Shown: piece after piece, positions 53,639 to 62,241 of the stretch | How the letters are laid out: each line of letters starts with the position of its first letter | How positions within the stretch are numbered: position 1 is the first letter of the stretch | Assembly: GCA_964460345.1 (NCBI GenBank) | Contig: CAYWRO010000011.1 | Coordinates: 1,872-65,871, forward strand | Length of the DNA: 64,000 bases | DNA from: an uncultured Phycisphaeraceae bacterium | Lineage (GTDB): Bacteria > Planctomycetota > Phycisphaerae > Phycisphaerales > UBA1924 | Direction of reading: 5' to 3' | The notes under the pieces: model-generated | What the model was told of the DNA's origin: nothing | What the model saw: only the letters and a program-made list of their open reading frames with translations | The model's database searches: none | Program-made: the position numbers and the translations under genes

Positions 53639-56600
53639 TCACCAGTCCAGCGTTCCGCGCCAGGCTCGCGCCAGCTCCTCGACGCCCGCTTCCTCATCGA
53701 CATCCCCCTCCAGCCGCAGGACGCCGTCGTCGGTGGTCTCGCCCAGGCGCGTCAGGGAGACATCGCGCGTCTCCATGAGCTGGAAGAACTTGCCGTGATG
53801 CTCCGGCGTGATCTCGAGGATGTATGCGCCCGGGCGCTCGCCGAACGCCCGCGCCATCTCCGGCTCGATGAGCGTGAAGGTCGCCCCGATCGGCGACTCC
53901 GGCGTTGAGCCGGCAATCAGCATCTCCGCGACCGCGCACAGCGCGCCACCGTCCGACACATCATGTGCGGACGCCACGAGCCCAAGTCGGATCGCCTCGG
54001 CCACGGCCTTCGCCACGCGCGGGCACCACTCCAGGTCCACGAACGGCATCAGCCCGGCCCCGTCCGTCTTCGGCAGTCCGAAGAGGCGCTCGTAGTGTGA
54101 CCCGCCCAGGCGCACGCCGTTCGGCGCATCCATCTCCCGCTCGTGCGGCTCGACGAGATACAGGTGGTTGCCCGGCCGCTTGGCATCCATGCTCACGGAT
54201 CGTGACACATCCTCCACGATCCCCACGCCGGAGATCAGCAGCGTCGGCGGGATCCGGATCTTGCGCCCATCTTCCATCGTGAACTGGTTGTTCAGCGAGT
54301 CCTTTCCGCTGATGAACGGCGTGCGGTACGCCTTCGCCCCGTCGTAACACCCCTCCGCGGCCCGCACCAGCCACCCCATCGACTCAGGATCGTCGCACGA
54401 CGGCCAGCAGAAGTTGTCCAGAATTGCAATCCGATTCGGGTTCGCCCCGGTGCAGACCAGGTTGCGCACGCACTCGTCGATCGCCGCGAGCGTCATCTGG
54501 TAGGGATCGCCGCCGCGGGCCGGGTCGCCGATGCCTGTCGCCAGTCCGCACGCGATGGCCAGACCCTTGTCCGACCCGGCGACGGGCTTGATCACCGCGG
54601 CGTCCGAGGGCCCGCGCCCCAGGGGTCCGACCAGCGGCTTGCCGACGGTTCCGCCCCGCACCTCGTGGTCGTACTGCCGGATGATCCAGTGCTTGCTGGC
54701 AATGTTCGGATGGGCCAGAAGCTTCAGCAGCGCCTCCCGCGGCGAGGGAGTTCTACTCTGCGCGCCTCCCTGCCGCCTTACCTCCGCGCCCCTTGCCCTC
54801 CATGCTGCTTCGCGCGTGACCTGCGGGATCCCCTCGTGCAGGAATGCCATCGGCAAGCGTCCGACTTCCTGCCCGTTGTAGTTCAGGATCAACTCCCGTC
54901 CCGGCGTGCCGAAACGACCGAGCACGGCCAGTTCGACGTGCTCTTCATCGCAGATCCGCTGCAGCGCCGCAAGGTTCTCCTCGGGCACCGCCAGCACCAT
55001 GCGCTCCTGCGCCTCGCTGATCCAGATCTCCGTGTAGGTGAGCCCCTCGTACTTGAGCGGCGCCCGCTCCAGGTGGACCTCGGCCCCGAGCTTCTCGCCC
55101 ATCTCGCCGACCGCCGATGAAAACCCGCCCGCTCCGCAATCGGTGATGGCGCTGAAGAGGGGCGCCGACACCGGCGAGACGCCTGTGCCACTCTTCCCTC
55201 CGCCCCCCCGTGCGCGCATGATCGCATCCAGCAGCCGCTTCTCCTCGATCGGGTTGCCGATCTGCACCGCGTGCGCGAACTCGTCCGCGTGCGTGTCGGT
55301 CAGCTCCGCGCTGGAGAACGTCGCGCCGTGGATGCCGTCCCGCCCCGTCCGTCCGCCCATCGCGACGATCAGGTCGCCCTCCTTCGCCTCTCCTTTGATG
55401 AGATCCGCCGGCATCACGCCGATGCACCCGCAGAAAACCAGCGGATTCCCGACGTACCGGTCATCGAAGTACACCGCGCCGTTCACCGTCGGGATGCCCA
55501 TCCGGTTCCCGTAGTCGCGCACGCCCGCGACCACCTGCGTCAGGATCCGCCGCGGATGCAGGCAGCCGGCCGGAAGCGTGTCGCCATCCCCATTGGCCTC
55601 GGCGCTCCAGTGTTCCGGGAATGCCACGCAGAACACATCCGTGTTCGCCACCGGCAGCGCCGCCAGCCCCGTGCCCATGATGTCGCGGATGCACCCGCCC
55701 GCGCCGGTCGCTGCGCCACCGTACGGCTCGATCGCCGAAGGATGGTTGTGCGTCTCCACCTTCACGCACACCGCGTGCTGATCGTCGAACCGGATGATCC
55801 CCGCATTGTCGACAAACACCGAAAGCGTCCAGTCCACCCCGTCGGCGATCAACTCGTGCGTCGCCGCGGCGACCGTGTGCTTCAGCAGGTTGTCGATCGT
55901 GACCGACCCGTCGGCATTCACCGTGTGCCCCGGACGATTGTTCCAGTCGATCACCGCCGGCCCGGGAGCGTCGGTCGACTGCGTGCCCTGGCCGGTCTCC
56001 CGCGTCCCCTTTCCGCTGGAGGTAAACGCAAACGAAACGTCCCCGTCTGCTTTCTGTCCCCTTGTGCTGTTCCCCTGTCCCTCTTCTGGAACGGCCTCCT
56101 CCCAATACACAACCCGGCTCTTGAGCGTCTTGTGAACACAGTGTTCCGACCAGGTCTGCGCCAGCGTCTCCAGTTCGATGTCCGTCGGCTCGCGCCCCAG
56201 CCGCTGGTACTCCGCCTGGATCGTCTTCATCTCCTCCAGCGACAGGAACAGGTGAGCCTCGCGCGACAGCTTGGCAAGCTGCGCATCGCTCAGGTCGCGG
56301 ATGGCGATGTGCCGCAGCACGGACTCGCGCTTCACGCCCCGCGGCAGCGATTCCGGCGTAAACGGCGTGTCATGGATCGCGTGGATCACGGTGTTGGCCA
56401 GCAGCCGCTCGGCGAGACGCCGAGACTCGGCCTGGTCGATCCCCGCCAGTTCGTACCGCCACCCCGTCGCAACCGCCGTCTCCACGCCGGCAAGGTCCTT
56501 GATCGCTTCCCGCACCGACTGGGCCACCGGGTCCATCACCCCCGGCAGCGGGTGTACCTCGATCAGCGAGCCGCCTTCCCCCGCCGGCGTCGCCCCGATC

Positions 56601-56866
56601 CTCACCTCCTCCGTGACCGGGTCCGCCAGCAACTGCTCCGCCACCGTCCGCCGCTGCCGCTCGTCCAACTCACCCTGTACCAGGTAGACACGCGCGGTCC
56701 GCGCCGCGGCAAGCTCCACGCCAATCGCCCGCGCATCGCGCACGAGCGACGCCGCGGCGGGGTCGCCGATCCCTTCCCGAGGCCGGACCTCAAACCGATG
56801 AACCGGGGCGCTGGCCGGGACAGTGGGGGAGGTGGCGGACGTCGACGGTGGAGAGAGCGTGCTCAT
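53639..56866 (-). CDS. purL: Phosphoribosylformylglycinamidine synthase, PurS-PurL fusion type
   Basis: 1075 aa. N-terminal PurS-like repeats, then WSEHCVHKT, VETHNHPSAIEPYGGAATG and the duplicated AIR-synthase-like fold. Confidence 0.92.
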   Translation of the reverse strand: MSTLSPPSTSATSPTVPASAPVHRFEVRPREGIGDPAAASLVRDARAIGVELAAARTARVYLVQGELDERQRRTVAEQLLADPVTEEVRIGATPAGEGGSLIEVHPLPGVMDPVAQSVREAIKDLAGVETAVATGWRYELAGIDQAESRRLAERLLANTVIHAIHDTPFTPESLPRGVKRESVLRHIAIRDLSDAQLAKLSREAHLFLSLEEMKTIQAEYQRLGREPTDIELETLAQTWSEHCVHKTLKSRVVYWEEAVPEEGQGNSTRGQKADGDVSFAFTSSGKGTRETGQGTQSTDAPGPAVIDWNNRPGHTVNADGSVTIDNLLKHTVAAATHELIADGVDWTLSVFVDNAGIIRFDDQHAVCVKVETHNHPSAIEPYGGAATGAGGCIRDIMGTGLAALPVANTDVFCVAFPEHWSAEANGDGDTLPAGCLHPRRILTQVVAGVRDYGNRMGIPTVNGAVYFDDRYVGNPLVFCGCIGVMPADLIKGEAKEGDLIVAMGGRTGRDGIHGATFSSAELTDTHADEFAHAVQIGNPIEEKRLLDAIMRARGGGGKSGTGVSPVSAPLFSAITDCGAGGFSSAVGEMGEKLGAEVHLERAPLKYEGLTYTEIWISEAQERMVLAVPEENLAALQRICDEEHVELAVLGRFGTPGRELILNYNGQEVGRLPMAFLHEGIPQVTREAAWRARGAEVRRQGGAQSRTPSPREALLKLLAHPNIASKHWIIRQYDHEVRGGTVGKPLVGPLGRGPSDAAVIKPVAGSDKGLAIACGLATGIGDPARGGDPYQMTLAAIDECVRNLVCTGANPNRIAILDNFCWPSCDDPESMGWLVRAAEGCYDGAKAYRTPFISGKDSLNNQFTMEDGRKIRIPPTLLISGVGIVEDVSRSVSMDAKRPGNHLYLVEPHEREMDAPNGVRLGGSHYERLFGLPKTDGAGLMPFVDLEWCPRVAKAVAEAIRLGLVASAHDVSDGGALCAVAEMLIAGSTPESPIGATFTLIEPEMARAFGERPGAYILEITPEHHGKFFQLMETRDVSLTRLGETTDDGVLRLEGDVDEEAGVEELARAWRGTLDW

Positions 56867-57077
56867 CGGCCATGATATGAACCGACAATCAGCACCAACC
56901 CGCCGACCGCCGCACGCGTATCATCGACGCCGGTCGGAACGCCACGAAGCCTGTTGCCCACACACGCCGCGGCGACACCCGGCCGGATGTACGCGCGGGC
57001 GGGAGCGAGCAGGGGCGAGCCGGGCCGGTTGCCGCCAGGCAGCGGGCGCGGCAGAGAACGCGGCGAGTACTTCCAGC

Positions 57078-58523
57078 ATGACCTTTGCGGGCTCGGATCG
57101 GCGGCTGCGGTGGTTCTCCCGGATCATTCGGGCAGCGGTGGTCGGCGCAATCGTGGTGGTCTCCATCGCGATCGCCTTCTGGCTGATCGCCACGCGCCCT
57201 GCCATCGATCGCGCCCCGCCCACCGAACACGCCCGCTCCGTCACCGCCATCCTTGCCGAGCGGCGGCCGGTGGCCCGGCTCTGGCAAGGGCACGGCGCGG
57301 CCCGGCCCCGTGACGCCGCGGACGTCGCCGCGGAGGTCGCCGGCGTGGTGCAGGTCCGCCCGGAGGGGATCGAGGCCGGCGCGCGCGTCCGCGCTGGAGA
57401 TGTCATCGTCCGCCTCGACGACGCCGACTACGCCAATCAGCTCGAGGCCGCGCAGCAGAGCGTCGCCGCGCTCACGGCGCAGCGCGCCACGCTGGAGGCC
57501 GAGCAGGCCCAACTCGATTCGCAGATCGTCCAGATCCAGGAGCAGATCGACGTCACCGAGGAAGAGATCCGCCGCTGGGGGGAAGCCCGCGCCAGCGGCG
57601 CGGCCTCCGAGATCGAGCAGCTTCGCCTCCGCGGCACGCTTGCCGGCCTGCGCGAGGCCTTGGCCGCCCTGACGGGGCAGCTCAGCCAGATCCCTTCCCG
57701 GCGCGAGCGCATCGAGGCGGAGATCGGCGCTCAGCGAAACAGCGCCAACACCGCCCAGCGCAACCTCGAGCGCACGCGCATCATCGCGCCCCTCGATGGC
57801 TACCTGCAGTCGGTGAACGTCGACGTTGGCGAGTTCGTCGCGGTGGGCACGCCCGTCGCACGCATCGTCGACCTGTCGCGCATTGAAATCCCCATCCGCA
57901 TCGGTGCCTCGGCGTTCGGACGAATCCGGGTCGGTGACCAGGTCGATCTCCGCGCTCCCGGGCCCACGCAGGACCGCTGGACCGGCCGCATCGCGCGCAT
58001 CGCCCCGGAAGTTGACGAGGCCCGCACGCTCACCGTCTTCGTCGAGGTCGATCAATCTGCCCCGGCGAGCCTTGACGCCGCGGCGGACAGCGTCACCGCC
58101 GCCGCGGACTCGCGCTCAGCCTCACCGTTGCTCCTCCCCGGGCGCTTCGTGGTCGCGGCCATCCGCAGCGCCGATCCCGAACCGCTCTTCCTCGTTCCGC
58201 GTTTCGCCGTCCGTGACGACCGCGTGCTTGTCGCCGTGAATGGACGCGACGTTCCCCGCATCGCCGCCCGCCAGGTCGAAGTCCTTTTCCATCTTGAGGG
58301 GGAGTATCCCGAACTGGACCCCGGCGTGCGCGAGTGGGCCGCCATCGCCAGCGGGATCAACGAGGGCGACCTCGTCGTGACCTCCAACATCGATGAACTC
58401 GAACCCGGCGAGGCAGTCGCCGTTCGCGACGTGGGCGAGCGTGCCTCCACCAGTGAGGCCGCGGCGGGTGGGGACGCCTCCCCCGAGTCTCTCGCCGAGC
58501 CCGAGAGGGGCCGCGGCGGATGA
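57078..58523 (+). CDS. Efflux RND transporter periplasmic adaptor (HlyD/MFP family)
   Basis: N-terminal TM, lipoyl-like GDVIVRLDD, a long coiled coil, and RTRIIAPLDGYLQSVNVDVGEFV. The stop overlaps the RND pump start. Confidence 0.85.
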   Translation: MTFAGSDRRLRWFSRIIRAAVVGAIVVVSIAIAFWLIATRPAIDRAPPTEHARSVTAILAERRPVARLWQGHGAARPRDAADVAAEVAGVVQVRPEGIEAGARVRAGDVIVRLDDADYANQLEAAQQSVAALTAQRATLEAEQAQLDSQIVQIQEQIDVTEEEIRRWGEARASGAASEIEQLRLRGTLAGLREALAALTGQLSQIPSRRERIEAEIGAQRNSANTAQRNLERTRIIAPLDGYLQSVNVDVGEFVAVGTPVARIVDLSRIEIPIRIGASAFGRIRVGDQVDLRAPGPTQDRWTGRIARIAPEVDEARTLTVFVEVDQSAPASLDAAADSVTAAADSRSASPLLLPGRFVVAAIRSADPEPLFLVPRFAVRDDRVLVAVNGRDVPRIAARQVEVLFHLEGEYPELDPGVREWAAIASGINEGDLVVTSNIDELEPGEAVAVRDVGERASTSEAAAGGDASPESLAEPERGRGG

Positions 58524-61500
58524 TGCGCGCCATCGCCCACTACGGCGTTCATCACCCGGTGGTCGTTAACCTCCTGGTCTTCACGCTCGTCGCCGCGGGG
58601 CTCATCTTCGGCGTGACGCTGCGGCGCGAGTTCTTCCCCGAGGTGCGGCCGAACCTCGTCGTGGTCGCAGCGCCGTATCCCGGCGCTGCGCCCGATGAGA
58701 TCGAGCAGTCCCTCGTCCTCAAGATCGAAGACGCGATTGCGGACCTCAACGACGTCGTCGAGATCCAGACGACCGTGACCTTCGGCGCGGCGAGTGTCCA
58801 GGTCGAGTTCGCCGAGGGCGTGGACATCGAGGACGCCGTCGCGCAGGTCAAGCGCAAAGTCGACGCCCTTGAAGACCTGCCCCCGCAGAGCGAACGCATC
58901 GTCGTGCAGGAACTGGAGCCGAACCTCCCCGCCATCGCGCTCACGTACACCGGGGAGGGCGATGAACGGCAGATGAAGCGCATCATCCGCGGCATGCGCG
59001 ACGACCTCGAGTCCTTCCCCGAGATGGGGGGCATCGTCGTCTCAGGCGTCCGCAACGATGAGATTTCCGTCGAGGTCCACCCGCCGGCGCTGCTGGAGCA
59101 CTCGCTCTCCATCGCCGCCGTCAGCCAGCGCATCACCGAGGCGATGCGCGAGATCCCCGGCGGCTCCGTGCGCACGAGCAGCGCCACCATCTCCATCCGC
59201 ACCATCGGCGCGCAGGAGCAGGCCGAGGAGGTGCGCGACATCGTCGTCAAGGCGCTGCCGGAAGGGTCGGCCATCCGCATCCGCGACATCGCCGATGTGA
59301 CCGTCGGCTTTGAGGATGTGGACCTCATCACGCGCCTCAACGGCAAGCCGGCCGTCTCCCTGACCGCCTTCAAGGTCGGCGATGAGGACGCCGTGCTCAT
59401 CAGCGAGATGGTCCGCGCCTACGCCGCCGGACGCACGCGCCAGCCCCTGGAGCTGTCGCGCCGCGAGAGCCTGTCCATTGCCGCCGTCGAGCGCTCCGGT
59501 TCGGCTCTCCCGCCGCGCATCGCGGCGTACCGCCTCGGCCTTGCCCGCCCGCCGATCGACGCCGAAGACCTCATCCCCAATACCGATCTGGCCCGCTTCA
59601 TCACCGACCGCCTTGAGCTGCTCAGCCGCAACGCTTTCTGGGGCGGCATCTTCGTGTTCGCGTCGCTCCTGCTGCTCTTAAACCTGCGCGTCGCGCTGTG
59701 GGTCACCGCCGGGCTCATCATCAGCATCCTCGGCACGCTCGCCTTCATGGCCGCGGCGGACATCACGCTCAACCTCATGACGATGTTCGGCCTCATCATC
59801 GTCATCGGCATTCTCGTCGACGACGGCATCGTCATCAGCGAGAACATCACGGCTCGCCACGAGGCGGGAGAGCCGGCGCTGACCGCCGCCGTCAACGGCA
59901 TGCGCGAGGTCGCCTGGCCGGTCGTCGCGACGGTCATCACCACGGTGCTGGCCTTCGGCTCGCTCGTATTTGTGCAGGGGCAGGTGGGGGACATGCTCGC
60001 CGTGCTGCCGGCGGTCGTCGTGGTTGCGCTGAGCGTCTCGCTCATCGAGGCGCTCTTCGTCCTGCCCAGCCACATGGCCCACTCCCTGCACCGCCACGAG
60101 CAGCGCGCCAGGCCCGGGCGCGTGGCGCGGTTCATGGACCGCATGGATGAGCGCCGCCTCCGCCTCATCCAGCAGGTCATCGTGCCGCGCTACCTCGTGA
60201 TCCTGCGCACCTGCGCCACGCACCGGTACATCACCTGCGCGGCCGCCGCGGCCCTGCTCATCATTTCGCTGGCGATGGTCGCGGGGGGGCGGCTGCCCTT
60301 CTCCTTCCTCGGCACGCAGGACGCCGAAACCATCGTCGTCGACCTGCAGATGCCGATCGGCACGCCGTTGTCCGCGACCGAGCGCATCATGGCTCGGATC
60401 GAGCGCGCTGCGCTTGACCAGCCGGAGGTCAGCACCGCGCTGGCCGTCATCGGGGCGCGCTCCAACGCCGACGGCCGCGAGAACATCGCCCAGTCGCACG
60501 TGGGACAGATCTGGATCGAGCTCAAGCCCGGCGAGGAGCGTGACCGCACCAGCGACGACGTCATCGCCTCCATCCGGCAGGGTGCGGGCGACCTTCCGGG
60601 CATCCGCTCGCTGCGCATCAACGGCCTCTCCGGCGGCCCCGAAGGCCCCGCGCTCACGTACACGGTCACGAGCGACCGTCCCTCGCTCATCCCGCCGGTC
60701 GTGCAGGCCGTGAAGGACCTGCTGGCCACTGTGCCCATGGTCTACGACGTCGCCGACGATGCCGACGCCGGCGCGCGGGAGCTGCGCATCGAGCTTCTTC
60801 CCGGCGCGCGCGAGCTCGGCTTCACCGTCGAGTCGATCGCCATGCAGATCCGCGGCTGGGTCTACGGCCTGGAGCCGCACACCTTCGCCGCGCCCGATGA
60901 GGACGTCGATGTGCGCGTCATGCTCGATGCGCCGTGGCGGCGCTCGCTCGCCGCGATCGAGCACCTGGACGTCTTTACGCCGGATGCCGGAGGGGGGGGA
61001 GGGGGAAGCCGCGCGGTGCCGCTGCGCGAGGTCGCCCGCCTCACCGAGGCGGAGGCATACGCCACCGTGCGCCGCCTCGACCGCCGCCGCGCCGTCTCCG
61101 TCACCGCCGAGGTCGTCGACAAGGCGAGCCAGACGGAGAAGATCGCCGCGCAGTTGGCGCCGCTCATCGCGGAGATCGAGCGCGAGCACCGCGGCGTGCG
61201 CATCCTCGAGCGCGGCCAGCAGGAGGAGGTCGCCGACTCGCTTTCGACGCTTCCCCTGGGCATCCTCGTCGCGTGCTCGCTGATTTACGTGACGCTCGTC
61301 ATCCTCTTCAACTCATTCCTGCAGCCGGGGATCATTCTCTTCACCGTTCCCTTCTCAATCGTCGGGATGGTGTGGGGGCACCTGGCCCTCGGCTACGACC
61401 TGACGATGCTGTCGCTCATCGGCTTCATCGCCCTGACCGGCGTCGTCGTCAACGACGCCATCATCTTCATCGAGTTTTACAACCACAAGCGCCGCGAAGG

Positions 61501-61819
61501 GGTCAACGTCTTCGACGCCGTGATGGAGGCCGGCCGCGCGCGCCTCCGTCCGATCATCCTCACCACGCTCACGACCGTCCTCGGCCTGCTCCCCCTCATC
61601 ACGGAAACGTCCTTCCAGGCCCGCTTCCTGATCCCCATGGCGATCACGATCAGCTTCGGCCTCCTCGCCGCGACGGTCGGCGTGCTGCTCGTCACCCCGT
61701 GCGTCATCCTCATCGGCGACGACCTCCGCGCGCTCGCGCGGCTGCTGTGGAAAGGCGAGCGCCGCCCCGACCCCGCCGAGGCGTACACCATTACGCCGTC
61801 CGAGCACGCCCGGATGTGA
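58520..61819 (+). CDS. Efflux RND transporter permease (AcrB/CzcA superfamily)
   Basis: 1099 aa with the 12-TM, two-large-loop architecture. Typical GLIIVIGILVDDGIV and GFIALTGVVVNDAII TM4/TM10 motifs. Confidence 0.92.
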   Translation: MMRAIAHYGVHHPVVVNLLVFTLVAAGLIFGVTLRREFFPEVRPNLVVVAAPYPGAAPDEIEQSLVLKIEDAIADLNDVVEIQTTVTFGAASVQVEFAEGVDIEDAVAQVKRKVDALEDLPPQSERIVVQELEPNLPAIALTYTGEGDERQMKRIIRGMRDDLESFPEMGGIVVSGVRNDEISVEVHPPALLEHSLSIAAVSQRITEAMREIPGGSVRTSSATISIRTIGAQEQAEEVRDIVVKALPEGSAIRIRDIADVTVGFEDVDLITRLNGKPAVSLTAFKVGDEDAVLISEMVRAYAAGRTRQPLELSRRESLSIAAVERSGSALPPRIAAYRLGLARPPIDAEDLIPNTDLARFITDRLELLSRNAFWGGIFVFASLLLLLNLRVALWVTAGLIISILGTLAFMAAADITLNLMTMFGLIIVIGILVDDGIVISENITARHEAGEPALTAAVNGMREVAWPVVATVITTVLAFGSLVFVQGQVGDMLAVLPAVVVVALSVSLIEALFVLPSHMAHSLHRHEQRARPGRVARFMDRMDERRLRLIQQVIVPRYLVILRTCATHRYITCAAAAALLIISLAMVAGGRLPFSFLGTQDAETIVVDLQMPIGTPLSATERIMARIERAALDQPEVSTALAVIGARSNADGRENIAQSHVGQIWIELKPGEERDRTSDDVIASIRQGAGDLPGIRSLRINGLSGGPEGPALTYTVTSDRPSLIPPVVQAVKDLLATVPMVYDVADDADAGARELRIELLPGARELGFTVESIAMQIRGWVYGLEPHTFAAPDEDVDVRVMLDAPWRRSLAAIEHLDVFTPDAGGGGGGSRAVPLREVARLTEAEAYATVRRLDRRRAVSVTAEVVDKASQTEKIAAQLAPLIAEIEREHRGVRILERGQQEEVADSLSTLPLGILVACSLIYVTLVILFNSFLQPGIILFTVPFSIVGMVWGHLALGYDLTMLSLIGFIALTGVVVNDAIIFIEFYNHKRREGVNVFDAVMEAGRARLRPIILTTLTTVLGLLPLITETSFQARFLIPMAITISFGLLAATVGVLLVTPCVILIGDDLRALARLLWKGERRPDPAEAYTITPSEHARM

Positions 61820-61868
61820 CGCTCGCCTCCCCCATTGCGTGCGTCCTCCCCGTTATCGGTGGCTCGTT

Positions 61869-61887
61869 GCCGCAAAAGCGGCTTTCT
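61869..61887 (+). terminator. Small hairpin plus T-tract after the RND gene
   Basis: GCCGC-aaaa-GCGGC followed by TTTCT. Confidence 0.3.
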
Positions 61888-61925
61888 GCCTCGCCACAGC
61901 GGTTTTCACGTCCGAATAACCGGCG

Positions 61926-62156
61926 CCTGAAATGATTTCTGACGCACCAGAATTGATTTCGGACGAGTCGGACACGAGTTTGCACGCGTCGGAAGTGGGT
62001 CCGCACGCGTCCGAAACGACATCCGATGCGTCCGACACGAAGTCGCACGCATGAGAACTCAAGTCGGACGCATCAAAAACGAGGTTGCACGCGTCTCAGA
62101 CGAACTCGCACGCGTCTGAGATGAAATCGCACGCTCCTGAAATGAAGTCGCACACA
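61926..62156. repeat. Tandem array C: 11 units of exactly 21 bp (consensus TCnGAnAcGAnnTcGCACGCG)
   Basis: Unit starts at 61926, 61947, 61968, 61989, 62010, 62031, 62052, 62073, 62094, 62115 and 62136. A degenerate extra unit lies at 61905. Confidence 0.9.
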
Positions 62157-62172
62157 CGCCTCCCCGCCCCCC

Positions 62173-62235
62173 ATTCTCTATTCTCTCTTCTCTATTCTCT
62201 AATCACTACCCACTGTCCACTATCAACTATCAACT
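62173..62235. repeat. Nine tandem heptamers (ATTCTCT x4-like, then AnyCACT / ATCAACT)
   Basis: ATTCTCT ATTCTCT CTTCTCT ATTCTCT AATCACT ACCCACT GTCCACT ATCAACT ATCAACT. AT-rich, and immediately 3' of the rnr stop. Confidence 0.8.
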
Positions 62236-62241
62236 GCCAAA

